DNA from: a virus | Lineage: Duplodnaviria; Caudoviricetes | DNA length: 63,455 nucleotides | Strand: one strand, 5' to 3' | IMG/VR virus record: IMGVR_UViG_3300043395_004412 | Coordinates: 1-63,455 of that record | Shown: one piece after another, positions 1 through 8,803 of the stretch | Position numbering within the stretch: position 1 is the first letter of the stretch | Layout: each line of letters begins with the position of its first letter | Notes under the pieces: generated by a model | What the model was told of the DNA's origin: nothing | The model's input: the letters and a program-made list of their open reading frames with translations, nothing else | The model's database searches: none | Program-made: the position numbers and the translations under genes

Positions 1-15
1 AAAATATAAATTTAG

Positions 16-88
16 TGGAGAATGAGGGAGTCGAACCCACGACATCTTGAATGCAAATCAAGTGCTCTACCAACTGAGCTAATTCCCC
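16..88 (-). tRNA. tRNA-Ala(TGC)
   Basis: Cloverleaf on minus strand; anticodon arm CTTGA-TT TGC AT-TCAAG; G3:U70 pair; GGTTCGA T-arm. Confidence 0.95.
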
Positions 89-144
89 TTATAGGTGGGA
101 CTAACCTATACCAAGTGTGTACACCACCCATTTAAGTCCTTTTG

Positions 145-217
145 AGCCTCCTGTCGGAATCGAACCAACGACCTACTGATTACAAATCAGTTGCTCTACC
201 TGCTGAGCTAAGGAGGC
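145..217 (-). tRNA. tRNA-Thr(TGT)
   Basis: GCCTCCT/AGGAGGC acceptor; ACTGA-TT TGT AA-TCAGT anticodon arm. Confidence 0.95.
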
Positions 218-222
218 CTATG

Positions 223-295
223 AGCGGAAGACCAGGCTCGAACTGGCCACCCCGACCTTGGCAAGGTCGTGCTCTACCGAATGAGCTACTTCCGC
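223..295 (-). tRNA. tRNA-Gly(GCC)
   Basis: GCGGAAG/CTTCCGC acceptor; CGACC-TT GCC AA-GGTCG. Confidence 0.95.
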
Positions 296-299
296 TTTG

Positions 300-488
300 A
301 AACAGGTTTTTTGTGCCCTTTTACACATCATGACCAACATATTCCTATATTGGTGGTTACATTTTCGTCGTTGGTTAATTACTCCTGACTTATAGTAAAC
401 ACTACCCTCACCGCTCTGATACCGCGAATCAAGACGGCGTCTTTGGGATTCATATACCGAGGGGTTCCACCTCAGTCTTCACCTGTTT
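300..488 (-). ncRNA. Putative ~190-nt structured ncRNA within tRNA array
   Basis: Terminal inverted repeat AAACAGGT/ACCTGTTT enclosing several hairpins, one with a GGAA tetraloop; fills the Asp-Gly spacer. Confidence 0.6.
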
Positions 489-491
489 TTG

Positions 492-562
492 CGGTCTCAC
501 GGGGAATCGAACCCCGCACCTCGGCGCGACAAGCCGATGTTATACCGATTAACTACAAGACC
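492..562 (-). tRNA. tRNA-Asp(GTC)
   Basis: GGTCTTG/TGAGACC acceptor; TCGGC-TT GTC GC-GCCGA; CGGGG-TTCGATT-CCCCG. Confidence 0.9.
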
Positions 563-1176
563 GAATATCCTAATTTTTCTCTCGCTTCTTGGATACGAGA
601 GTCAGACAATAGTTTGACGACATTATCTGAAAACTCCACCATTTTATATCTATTAAGATAATTTTCTTTTGTGTCCAACTTTATACCGATAAAAGAAGAA
701 CCAAAACCGTTTGGTGAAACTTCTTCAGTATGGTCTAAATTATCCACATCTAATTTTAAACACAACTCATCTCTTTTTTCTTTATTCAATAAGAAATCTT
801 CATATTTGAAAAGATTTGTAGATTGGGAATGTTCTAACCACAAATTTACAAAATTCTCATCAACTTTCATATCATCTGTTCCCCTTTTTATTCTACTCGC
901 AGCTAAATTAAAAATATCTCGAATCAGAACTATTTTGTGAGATGGTTCACTTATGAGGTCTAAATTTGATGATGTATCTTCGTAAGTGTTTATCAACACA
1001 TCACAATTTTTTTTACTATACTCGAAATTAGTCACAAATCTTTCTCTCATTTCAACCACATCATTAAGAAAACAAAAACGATTTGAATGCAACGCTGAAG
1101 TAAAATTGTGTTTCAACCAACCAACTAAAGCGTGGGTACCACTTCTTCTTAAACCATATAATTGTATAATTTTCAA
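553..1176 (-). CDS. Sulfotransferase-like protein
   Basis: N-terminal GLRRSGTHAL (5'-PSB-like), IVLIRD..N..AS (3'-PB-like), FKYEDF. Confidence 0.6.
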   Translation of the reverse strand: MKIIQLYGLRRSGTHALVGWLKHNFTSALHSNRFCFLNDVVEMRERFVTNFEYSKKNCDVLINTYEDTSSNLDLISEPSHKIVLIRDIFNLAASRIKRGTDDMKVDENFVNLWLEHSQSTNLFKYEDFLLNKEKRDELCLKLDVDNLDHTEEVSPNGFGSSFIGIKLDTKENYLNRYKMVEFSDNVVKLLSDSRIQEAREKLGYSVL

Positions 1177-1640
1177 TTTAAAAGAATACTACTATGTTGA
1201 TTGATTATTTTTAATACTTTATTTGAATACCCTTTTGACTCAGAATAAATCTTATCCAAAATTTTCAAATAATCAGTTTTACTTATCTCACCATTTTTTG
1301 AGAATATGTAATTTTGCCATAAAGAATAGTCATACACACTTGATTCCCAATTATCAAATTTAGCATACCCACCTTTAGTTTTACCAACAGCAACTGTTTC
1401 CCTTTTTCTTGGAAGTTTCATACCAAATAAGTTATTTGAGTTTTGAAACAATTTTGACCTAAAATGACCTGTTTCCAAGACAGCTTGTGCAAACACAACA
1501 TCAGGAAATTTAATATTATATTCCAATATTTTGGAATACAAATTCTTGTAATTTATATCCTCATCAGTTGTAAATGATGAAGTTGTTGATACTGTTAAAC
1601 CTCCAAATATGAACAACAATAACATTAATATTTTTTTCAT
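1173..1640 (-). CDS. Glucosaminidase (GH73/FlgJ-like) cell-wall hydrolase with N-terminal signal/anchor
   Basis: AQAVLETG, NNLFGMK, YAKF..WESSV, YSE motifs. Confidence 0.85.
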   Translation of the reverse strand: MKKILMLLLFIFGGLTVSTTSSFTTDEDINYKNLYSKILEYNIKFPDVVFAQAVLETGHFRSKLFQNSNNLFGMKLPRKRETVAVGKTKGGYAKFDNWESSVYDYSLWQNYIFSKNGEISKTDYLKILDKIYSESKGYSNKVLKIINQHSSILLN

Positions 1641-1668
1641 GTTAAAAAAATTTAAAGTTTATTTTTCG

Positions 1669-1740
1669 CGTCCCCTCGAGGTTTCGAACCTCGGACCCTC
1701 TCGTTAACAGCGAGATGCTCTACCGCTGAGCTAAGGAGAC
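1669..1740 (-). tRNA. tRNA-Asn(GTT)
   Basis: TCTCG-CT GTT AA-CGAGA; cloverleaf. Confidence 0.95.
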
Positions 1741-1745
1741 GTTTT

Positions 1746-1822
1746 TGGTCGGGGAAGCAGGATTCGAACCTACGACCTCTTGGTCCCAAACCAAGCATAC
1801 TACCTGACTGTACTATTCCCCG
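1746..1822 (-). tRNA. tRNA-Pro(TGG), CCA encoded
   Basis: CGGGGAA/TTCCCCG acceptor; CTTGG-TT TGG GA-CCAAG; 3' ACCA. Confidence 0.95.
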
Positions 1823-1838
1823 TATCTTTCATAAAGAT

Positions 1839-1872
1839 AAAAAAAAACCCCGAACTTTCAAGGTTCAGGGTT
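1839..1872 (-). terminator. Intrinsic terminator/attenuator upstream of tRNA array
   Basis: AACCCTGAAC-loop-GTTCGGGGTT followed by T-run. Confidence 0.7.
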
Positions 1873-1892
1873 AGTTAAGGCTTGTTTAAAAC

Positions 1893-1991
1893 TTACCATC
1901 CACTCGCTTCTGAACCATACCTTACCCCATCACCATTATCTGCTAATGTTGTCGGGTTTGTTCTTGTATCTTGAGAAAGAATGTGTTTCAT
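1893..1991 (-). CDS. Putative 32-aa leader peptide MKHILSQ...SEASGW
   Basis: Small ORF not in track, behind TATTTAT motif and directly before terminator hairpin. Confidence 0.45.
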   Translation of the reverse strand: MKHILSQDTRTNPTTLADNGDGVRYGSEASGW

Positions 1992-2019
1992 AACAAATAT
2001 AAATAGTCTACAATCTAAA

Positions 2020-2760
2020 TTAGTTTCCGTTACCTCTAATGTAAAGGTCTTTTGTTGAATCAAAATTAAGTCTAAACCCTGTGTTTGGATACGTCGTATA
2101 CAATCTGTAGAGTCCCTTGGGAATTCTATTACCTTGGTAATTTATGGTATATCCATACATTACAGAATTAGTTGTATAGTTTGTACCAGTTCTAGTTCCG
2201 TTGGTTACAAGTGTATTTCCAATCTTTTCATAGACATAAACATTTTTTTGTCTTTTAGTATCGTTAGACATTGCACTTACAGGAATCAGAATATTAACCC
2301 ATCCCATACCGATAACAGTGTTTTTTGGTACTTTCACCGTGGTGAAGTTATATGCGGTTTTCGTATTTCCATGTACATCAACACCACCAGATGTTTGTGG
2401 AATCTCAGCAGTGAAAATACTTGGTAGTCTTCCATCGCTCCAATGAGGCATGTCGAAATAAAATTGTACGTTGTGTTGAATTGCACTACCAGGTCCTACA
2501 AAAAATCCTAAGAATTTGTACGTTGAAAGTGGAGATTGTGTAACGCTGTCTCTGAGATACTTTGAAACCATAAGATACTTGGAATATGGCTCAACAAAGA
2601 TGTAAGCATTGTTGTTCTCAGTTGTACGTGCCGAGGTCATCCAATTAGTTGAAGTCGACTCGATTTGTTTCTCAGGTAAAGAAAAAATAGGCAATTCTTC
2701 TTTAACACAAGAAGTGAGGAACAAAACAGAAACCAAAAGGGCTGATAATAGTTTTTTCAT
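2020..2760 (-). CDS. Lipoprotein, unknown function
   Basis: MKKLL...LFLTSC lipobox; TACCTTTG promoter at 2782-2789. Confidence 0.75.
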   Translation of the reverse strand: MKKLLSALLVSVLFLTSCVKEELPIFSLPEKQIESTSTNWMTSARTTENNNAYIFVEPYSKYLMVSKYLRDSVTQSPLSTYKFLGFFVGPGSAIQHNVQFYFDMPHWSDGRLPSIFTAEIPQTSGGVDVHGNTKTAYNFTTVKVPKNTVIGMGWVNILIPVSAMSNDTKRQKNVYVYEKIGNTLVTNGTRTGTNYTTNSVMYGYTINYQGNRIPKGLYRLYTTYPNTGFRLNFDSTKDLYIRGNGN

Positions 2761-2834
2761 TTTTTTTAAATTTAGTTTCCACAAAGGTACAAGAATATTT
2801 GATTTACAAAAAATTTTTAAGATATTTATTTTTT

Positions 2835-2945
2835 ATGATGATGATTTTAGACAATACAAAAACGTGTCTTTTGGGAACTTCAAGTTCATATGAGAACCTT
2901 TGGGTGATGAAACGTAGGATACCCCGAACCATAAACTATTGCTAA
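2835..2945 (+). CDS. Putative 36-aa leader peptide MMMILDN...RTINYC
   Basis: Small ORF after TATTTAT (2823-2829), followed by terminator. Confidence 0.35.
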   Translation: MMMILDNTKTCLLGTSSSYENLWVMKRRIPRTINYC

Positions 2946-2959
2946 AACGTTATATTTCG

Positions 2960-2990
2960 AAGGGGTCAATAGACCCCTTTTGTTTTTTTT
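2960..2990 (+). terminator. Intrinsic terminator
   Basis: AAGGGGTC-AATA-GACCCCTT + T-run. Confidence 0.8.
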
Positions 2991-3023
2991 AATAAAATAA
3001 ACTATAATTGCAAAAAACTACCT

Positions 3024-3512
3024 ATGGGTGATGTATTAGTATTGAATTTTGATTATACCCCGTTGAATGTTACAACTATTCGACGAGGATTTGTATTAGT
3101 TGATAAAGGAAAAGCTGAAATTGTAAAATCTGACGATTCTCCTATAATCGCTGGTTATAAAACATACGTTCGACCTGTGATTATCAGACTTCTTAAGTAC
3201 ATTAAACATTTCACACGAAATCTACGTGCTAATAGAAATAGAATTTATAAAAGAGATAATCATCAATGTGTTTATTGTGGTTCAAGCAGACATTTGACTT
3301 TAGACCATGTAATCCCCAAATCTAGGGGTGGTAAAAATGATTGGCAGAATCTTGTTACTTCATGTTTTAAATGTAATCTCAAAAAAGCCGACAAAACTCC
3401 TGAAGAAGCAAAAATGTCTATGAGACACAAACCTTTCACTCCCACGTTGGTTGGAGAAAATGTAATTGTAAGTAAAGTTTGGGAAGACTATCAAAAATCA
3501 TTCATTTATTAA
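3024..3512 (+). CDS. HNH endonuclease (McrA-like)
   Basis: VLVLN..Y.PL N-terminus; RD...CVYCG, TLDHVIPKSRGG, NLVTSCFKCN. Confidence 0.92.
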   Translation: MGDVLVLNFDYTPLNVTTIRRGFVLVDKGKAEIVKSDDSPIIAGYKTYVRPVIIRLLKYIKHFTRNLRANRNRIYKRDNHQCVYCGSSRHLTLDHVIPKSRGGKNDWQNLVTSCFKCNLKKADKTPEEAKMSMRHKPFTPTLVGENVIVSKVWEDYQKSFIY

Positions 3513-3529
3513 CAAATCAAATTATAATT

Positions 3530-3844
3530 ATGGAAATGAACTTCGACAAAAAATTGAGAATCGCTTTTGTTATTGTGAGTCTATCTTTTTTATGGTCTTT
3601 AGTAATGCTCAGCAAATACAAAGAGCTAAGTGAAAATCCAAAAATTGAAGTTTTGGGTGGTGGTGATATTGCCAAAGCCCAAACAATAGATTCATTACAA
3701 CATGTAATTGATTCTTTATACATGGAAAATTTTCCCTGCCAAGTAGAACTCGGTAGATATCAAGTCGCATACGAAATTTTTATGGAAAGAAATCCTAAAG
3801 CCGCGTCTCAATATGGAGACATAATCTCTGAAGAAACTGAATAA
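3530..3844 (+). CDS. Hypothetical membrane-anchored protein
   Basis: N-terminal TM helix; operon context. Confidence 0.65.
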   Translation: MEMNFDKKLRIAFVIVSLSFLWSLVMLSKYKELSENPKIEVLGGGDIAKAQTIDSLQHVIDSLYMENFPCQVELGRYQVAYEIFMERNPKAASQYGDIISEETE

Positions 3845-3848
3845 AAAA

Positions 3849-4133
3849 ATGCAAGAAAATCATTTAAAACCAAACGACCCAAATTACCAAGATAATCCAC
3901 AGGATTTATTAAACGCTTCTCTCATTTTCGCTAGGGCTCTAAGTTTAATCTTAGAAGATAGTCAAGGTATTGTTGTTGACCTACAAAAAGGGGTAGAAGT
4001 TGGTTCCGATGTTGAAAAAGTAATAGTTTTCAGACATCAAGACCAAGTACACATCTATAAATGCGAAGATGACTTAGTTGAAGGAACTGCTGTAAGAATG
4101 TCCAACACTGAAAGTCCTTCTGAAGAAAACTAA
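3849..4133 (+). CDS. Hypothetical protein
   Basis: ORF tightly packed in operon. Confidence 0.7.
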   Translation: MQENHLKPNDPNYQDNPQDLLNASLIFARALSLILEDSQGIVVDLQKGVEVGSDVEKVIVFRHQDQVHIYKCEDDLVEGTAVRMSNTESPSEEN

Positions 4134-4138
4134 TTTAC

Positions 4139-5809
4139 ATGAGAGTTTTAGGTTTTTCTGTCGGACACGACAAGGGAGCTGTTATTATTGAAAACGGAAA
4201 AATTTTGATTGGAATAACTCAAGAGAGACTTTCTAGAGTTAAACATGATGGTGCACACGTTGGCGGAATAGTCCCAGCAGAATCAATAAGGTATTGTTTA
4301 GATAATACTTCACTCACATTCAAGGATATTGATTTGTGGGTTTATAGTACAACTGAAGAAGTTGATGATGTCCTTATCCAATTCAAAAAATTATTCAAAT
4401 ACGACATTTCTGAAAAACATGAATTTTTACCTCATCACTTGGCTCATGCATATTCTACTTTTTTTAGCTCAGGATTTGATGATGCCGCAGTAGTTGTTGC
4501 TGATGCTTCAGGTAGTATTTTGGATGATAGAAATCGTTTGTCTGAGTGGTATCCAAATAAAACTCGTGAGGGTCTTTTGTCTGGTGAAACTTGGACTGAA
4601 GGAATCTCTATATATCACTTCACAAAATCTGACTATAAAGAAGTTTATAAAAAATGGATTAAATACCCTGTACCAATAGATACAGGCGATGACGTTTCAG
4701 TTGGTACCGTTTACTCTGAAGGGTCATTACAATTAATTTATGAACCTCAACACCATACATGGCCAGCAGGAAAATTAATGGGATTAGCTTCTTATGCTGA
4801 TAAATCAATCGTTGCTGAAGCTCCACATTATATTGTTTGGACCGAGGATGAAGACATATTCATACCAAATAACAGAATCTACCCAAGGGTTTCATACGAC
4901 TCAGATTTTTTCTCAAGAGCCTGTGTTGCAGGAATTTATCAAAGGGAACAAGAAAGGGTTTCTTTGATGTTGGCAGAAAAAGCAAAAAAACTTACAGAAT
5001 CGAAAAACATTTGTGTCGCTGGCGGGTCATTCCTTAATTGTAATTCAAATGAACAAATATTGAATTCGGGTTTATATGAAAATTCTTATTTCATTCCTCC
5101 ATCTGATGACTCAGGTATTCCTTTAGGTTGTGCTTGGTATGGATATCAAATGATAAGCCCAATCAAAAATTTGAAACCTTTATCTCCATATTTGGGTAAA
5201 TCTTATTCCGAAACGGAAATTGTGAAATCTATGAACGAATTTCCAAATATTGAGTTCAGAAGATATGATAATTTTGACGAATTGATTGAGGAAGTTTCAT
5301 ACTTACTACAACAAAACAGAGTTATTGGTTGGTTCCAAAATGGTTCTGAAATTGGTCCAAGAGCTTTAGGAAATCGCTCAATTTTAGCTTCTCCTATACA
5401 AAGATGGATGACTGGGTATATCAATTCAGACATAAAAAAAAGAGAGTGGTACAGACCTTTTGCGCCAGCGGTCCTATTTGAACATCAATCCGAAATATTT
5501 GAATCTGATGTTTTTTCTCCATACATGTTGGTAACTACGACTGTAAAAGAAAATTGGAGAAACAAAATACCTGCGGTGACTCATATTGATAATTCAGCCC
5601 GACACCAGTCAGTTACAGAAGAGTCTAATTCAAAATTTCATAAACTTATTACTTCATTTTATAACAGGACAGGTGTACCAGTTCTTTTAAACACAAGTTT
5701 CAATGGTCCACATGAGCCAATTGTTGAGACACCGATTGACGCAATCAAGTCGATGTACAGCTGTAGATTAGATTTTCTTGTTATAGGTGATATTCTTATT
5801 AAGAGATAA
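4139..5809 (+). CDS. Carbamoyltransferase (NodU/CmcH/TobZ family)
   Basis: GHD, ERLSRVKH, HHLAHA, GKLMGLA, EIGPRALGNRSIL, REWYRPFAP, LLNTSFN. Confidence 0.95.
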   Translation: MRVLGFSVGHDKGAVIIENGKILIGITQERLSRVKHDGAHVGGIVPAESIRYCLDNTSLTFKDIDLWVYSTTEEVDDVLIQFKKLFKYDISEKHEFLPHHLAHAYSTFFSSGFDDAAVVVADASGSILDDRNRLSEWYPNKTREGLLSGETWTEGISIYHFTKSDYKEVYKKWIKYPVPIDTGDDVSVGTVYSEGSLQLIYEPQHHTWPAGKLMGLASYADKSIVAEAPHYIVWTEDEDIFIPNNRIYPRVSYDSDFFSRACVAGIYQREQERVSLMLAEKAKKLTESKNICVAGGSFLNCNSNEQILNSGLYENSYFIPPSDDSGIPLGCAWYGYQMISPIKNLKPLSPYLGKSYSETEIVKSMNEFPNIEFRRYDNFDELIEEVSYLLQQNRVIGWFQNGSEIGPRALGNRSILASPIQRWMTGYINSDIKKREWYRPFAPAVLFEHQSEIFESDVFSPYMLVTTTVKENWRNKIPAVTHIDNSARHQSVTEESNSKFHKLITSFYNRTGVPVLLNTSFNGPHEPIVETPIDAIKSMYSCRLDFLVIGDILIKR

Positions 5810-5814
5810 TTTCA

Positions 5815-7407
5815 ATGAGTACCATTTACGGTTTTTTTGGTGGGTCCCACAGTCCTTCTACATCTTTCATGAAGGATGGTCAAATAATATGTTGTATTGA
5901 AGAAGAAAGACTTACCAGAAAAAAAGCGGGCGACAATTTTGATTCAGTTGCCGAATTAAGTTCAGTGGAAGTAGAAAAAATATCAGGTGTATCAATAAAA
6001 GATGCCGACTACAGAGTTTTTGTTGAGCCTGTTACCGAACTTTTTGCAAATAGATTAACGAACTACAATTACGATAGAGTAAGTCACCACGATGCACATT
6101 GTTATGGTGCATATTTTACAAGTGGTATGGAAGGAAAAGCCTTGAGTATTTCATATGATGGTGGAGGAGATAAATCAGTGATGAAAATTTATCTTTGTGA
6201 AGATGGTAAAATGAATTTAGCCCACTCATATGATATGTGTTCGACTGGTAGTATAGGCCACCTTTGGGCATTTGCAGTAAGCACTATCAAAGGTTATGAC
6301 CACGAAGGTGAGAGCGTATGGAAAATGTGTAAAGACGAAGGCAAATTGATGGGTATGGCTCCCGACGGAGAATACGATGAAACTTTTTACAGAATTCTAA
6401 ATTCTCTCATTGACTATAAAGATTTGCGTTTTTTTCCCAACGATACGGGTAATAAAACAAGGTTTGTGGTTGAATATATGTTTAGATTGGGATGGTTCAA
6501 AGACCAAAAAAATATTGAAAAGTTTTCTTATAATCTTCAAAAATTAACTGAAGATTTAATGTTAAGGTTCCTTAATGACTTACATAAAAAATTTCCCGAA
6601 TACAAAAAACTTTGTCTTTCGGGTGGAATTTTTGCGAATGTAAAACTTAATCAAAAAATTAATCAACTTTCTTGGGTCGATGAAATTTATGTTATGCCAG
6701 CTATGGGTGATGAGGGTTTGAGTTTGGGTGCATGTATCATTAAGGCAACACAATTGGGGGAAATCACAAAACCCTTCAAATTAAAGAATATGTTTTTTGG
6801 TAAGAATTATTCGAATCGTCAAATAATTGATTCGTCAGAAAAATATAATGTGACGTATGAAAAATATGACTCCAAAAAAATTGCAAAACTTATACATGAA
6901 GGCGAAATAATTGGATGGTTTCAAGATGGTTTTGAATATGGACCAAGAGCTCTTGGCGCTAGAAGTATTTTAGTAAGACCCACAGATTATGAAACTCACA
7001 AAAAATTGAACGGTCGACTTAAAAGACACGATTCAATGCCTTTTGCTCCAATTGTTATGGACGAATACTTTGATGATATATTTGTTGAGTCTAAATCTAA
7101 ATATTCTGCAGAATTCATGACCTTGTGTTATCAAACCAAGGATGAATGGATAGATAAAATTCCTGCTGTTATTCAAAAATCCGACAAAACCGCGAGGCCA
7201 CAATTAGTGAAGAATGAAAATAATCCGAAATTTTGGGAAATTTTGAACGAATATCATCTTATTTCAGGAATCCCTGTTTTATTGAATACATCTTTTAACA
7301 CACACAATGAACCCATAATTGATAAACCAGACCATGCATTCCCAAAACTTATGGATGGTACTTTAGATAAACTTGTAATAGGAGACTATGTATTTTCAGT
7401 TAGGTGA
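5815..7407 (+). CDS. Carbamoyltransferase (second paralog)
   Basis: EEERLTRKK, HHDAH, DGGGD, EGKLMGMA, EYGPRALGARSIL, PFAP, LLNTSFN. Confidence 0.95.
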   Translation: MSTIYGFFGGSHSPSTSFMKDGQIICCIEEERLTRKKAGDNFDSVAELSSVEVEKISGVSIKDADYRVFVEPVTELFANRLTNYNYDRVSHHDAHCYGAYFTSGMEGKALSISYDGGGDKSVMKIYLCEDGKMNLAHSYDMCSTGSIGHLWAFAVSTIKGYDHEGESVWKMCKDEGKLMGMAPDGEYDETFYRILNSLIDYKDLRFFPNDTGNKTRFVVEYMFRLGWFKDQKNIEKFSYNLQKLTEDLMLRFLNDLHKKFPEYKKLCLSGGIFANVKLNQKINQLSWVDEIYVMPAMGDEGLSLGACIIKATQLGEITKPFKLKNMFFGKNYSNRQIIDSSEKYNVTYEKYDSKKIAKLIHEGEIIGWFQDGFEYGPRALGARSILVRPTDYETHKKLNGRLKRHDSMPFAPIVMDEYFDDIFVESKSKYSAEFMTLCYQTKDEWIDKIPAVIQKSDKTARPQLVKNENNPKFWEILNEYHLISGIPVLLNTSFNTHNEPIIDKPDHAFPKLMDGTLDKLVIGDYVFSVR

Positions 7408-8029
7408 TGAAAAAATTGTAATGGACTTCAATAATGGAATCACTGTAAGAGTTGGTGGTCCTGATTTGACTTATTTTGTTGAATGCGTAGAACACAGAGG
7501 AATTGACCATCAGCCAGTCACTTTGGAGGGGTATCATATTACTTCAAATTGTGATTGGCCATATAAAGAATTTAAGATTCCAATTGAATTTTATTTAGAT
7601 TTTGAAATCAAAATATATAAATTTGACCCTCAATATGGTTTAAAATTAATTTTTAATCACAGATATAACGACTATGACCAAGTTGTTAGATTTATTTTGG
7701 ACACTGATAATTTAGAAGAAGCCGAGCTGTGGTTAAAAAAAGTCAAAGAATATCAAAGAAAAAATTATTGTAAGGCTCAAATTTTTTCGAAGTTTGAAGA
7801 AATTGAAAAAGAGTCCGATAGTAGATTCCAAACTAAAAATCTCACACCATACAAAACATATAAACTCGGTAGATTTCCAAAAAATAGCTCTGATTGGAAA
7901 ACTGTTGACCCAAGAAAAGAAGGTTTACTTTGGTTTGGTTATTGGAAAACAGTATGGTCTTACCAACATCCGCGACTTTGGAAAAATCTTTCCTCAGAAG
8001 AAATTGCTAACGACATTTTGGGTTTGTAA
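7388..8029 (+). CDS. Hypothetical protein (possible glycosyltransferase-associated fragment)
   Basis: 213-aa ORF overlapping end of carbamoyltransferase. Confidence 0.7.
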   Translation: MYFQLGDEKIVMDFNNGITVRVGGPDLTYFVECVEHRGIDHQPVTLEGYHITSNCDWPYKEFKIPIEFYLDFEIKIYKFDPQYGLKLIFNHRYNDYDQVVRFILDTDNLEEAELWLKKVKEYQRKNYCKAQIFSKFEEIEKESDSRFQTKNLTPYKTYKLGRFPKNSSDWKTVDPRKEGLLWFGYWKTVWSYQHPRLWKNLSSEEIANDILGL

Positions 8030-8048
8030 CTTTTTTTTCATAGTTTTG
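8017..8048 (+). promoter_or_regulatory. Bacteroidota sigma70-type promoter for clpP
   Basis: TTTG-N20-TAGTTTTG. Confidence 0.7.
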
Positions 8049-8066
8049 TTACAAATAAATTAAACT

Positions 8067-8744
8067 ATGGATATCGGAAAAGAATTTTCTTCTTATTACA
8101 CAAAACATTTAGGTAAAGGTTCATTAGACCTTCATTATTTTGGACAACAAATCCAATCTTCCATGACTCCTTATATTCTCGAAGAAAGAGAAATGAGAGC
8201 AACTCAAATTGATATTTTTTCCCGTTTGATGAGAGATAGAATTATATGGGTTGCTGGAGGGGTTGATGATAGAATGTCTACCATTGTTCAAGCACAACTC
8301 ATGTTTCTAGATAACACAGAAAAAACAGACATTACTATGCATATTGATTCTCCAGGCGGTTCTGTGAAATCAGGATTATCAATGGTGGATGTTATGAATT
8401 ATGTTTCATGTGATATCGCTACTGTAAATACAGGAATGGCAGCTTCAATGGGTTCTATTTTACTCGGTGCAGGAACTAAGGGAAAAAGAAGTTCGTTAAG
8501 ATTTTCAAGAACGATGTTACATCAATCATCTGGTGGATTTGGTGGAAATATTCAGGATGCAGAAATTAGTATGAAAGAGTGGCACAAGTTAAATGATATT
8601 TTATTTAATCTTTTGGGAGAATATTGTGGTAAGGATGCTGAACAAGTTAAACAGGACGCCACAAGAGATTTGTGGCTTGATTCTGAACAAGCTTTGGACT
8701 ACGGAATTATCGATAATATTGTTAAAACAAAAAAGAAGGGATAA
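8067..8744 (+). CDS. clpP: ATP-dependent Clp protease proteolytic subunit
   Basis: DIFSRLMRDRII, IDSPGGSV, GMAASMG (Ser), MLHQ (His), RDLWL..EQALDYGIID. Confidence 0.97.
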   Translation: MDIGKEFSSYYTKHLGKGSLDLHYFGQQIQSSMTPYILEEREMRATQIDIFSRLMRDRIIWVAGGVDDRMSTIVQAQLMFLDNTEKTDITMHIDSPGGSVKSGLSMVDVMNYVSCDIATVNTGMAASMGSILLGAGTKGKRSSLRFSRTMLHQSSGGFGGNIQDAEISMKEWHKLNDILFNLLGEYCGKDAEQVKQDATRDLWLDSEQALDYGIIDNIVKTKKKG

Positions 8745-8760
8745 ACCCTTCTTTTTTTTT
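8731..8760. terminator. Bidirectional terminator
   Basis: AAAAGAAGGG-ATAAA-CCCTTCTTTT between convergent genes. Confidence 0.75.
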
Positions 8761-8803
8761 TAGACCTTAGAACACCCCCTTTTGTTCGTTAGATTTATGT
8801 AGG

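Noticed and set aside
443-661. 72-aa + strand ORF
   Set aside because: Antisense to tRNA-Asp and a real CDS
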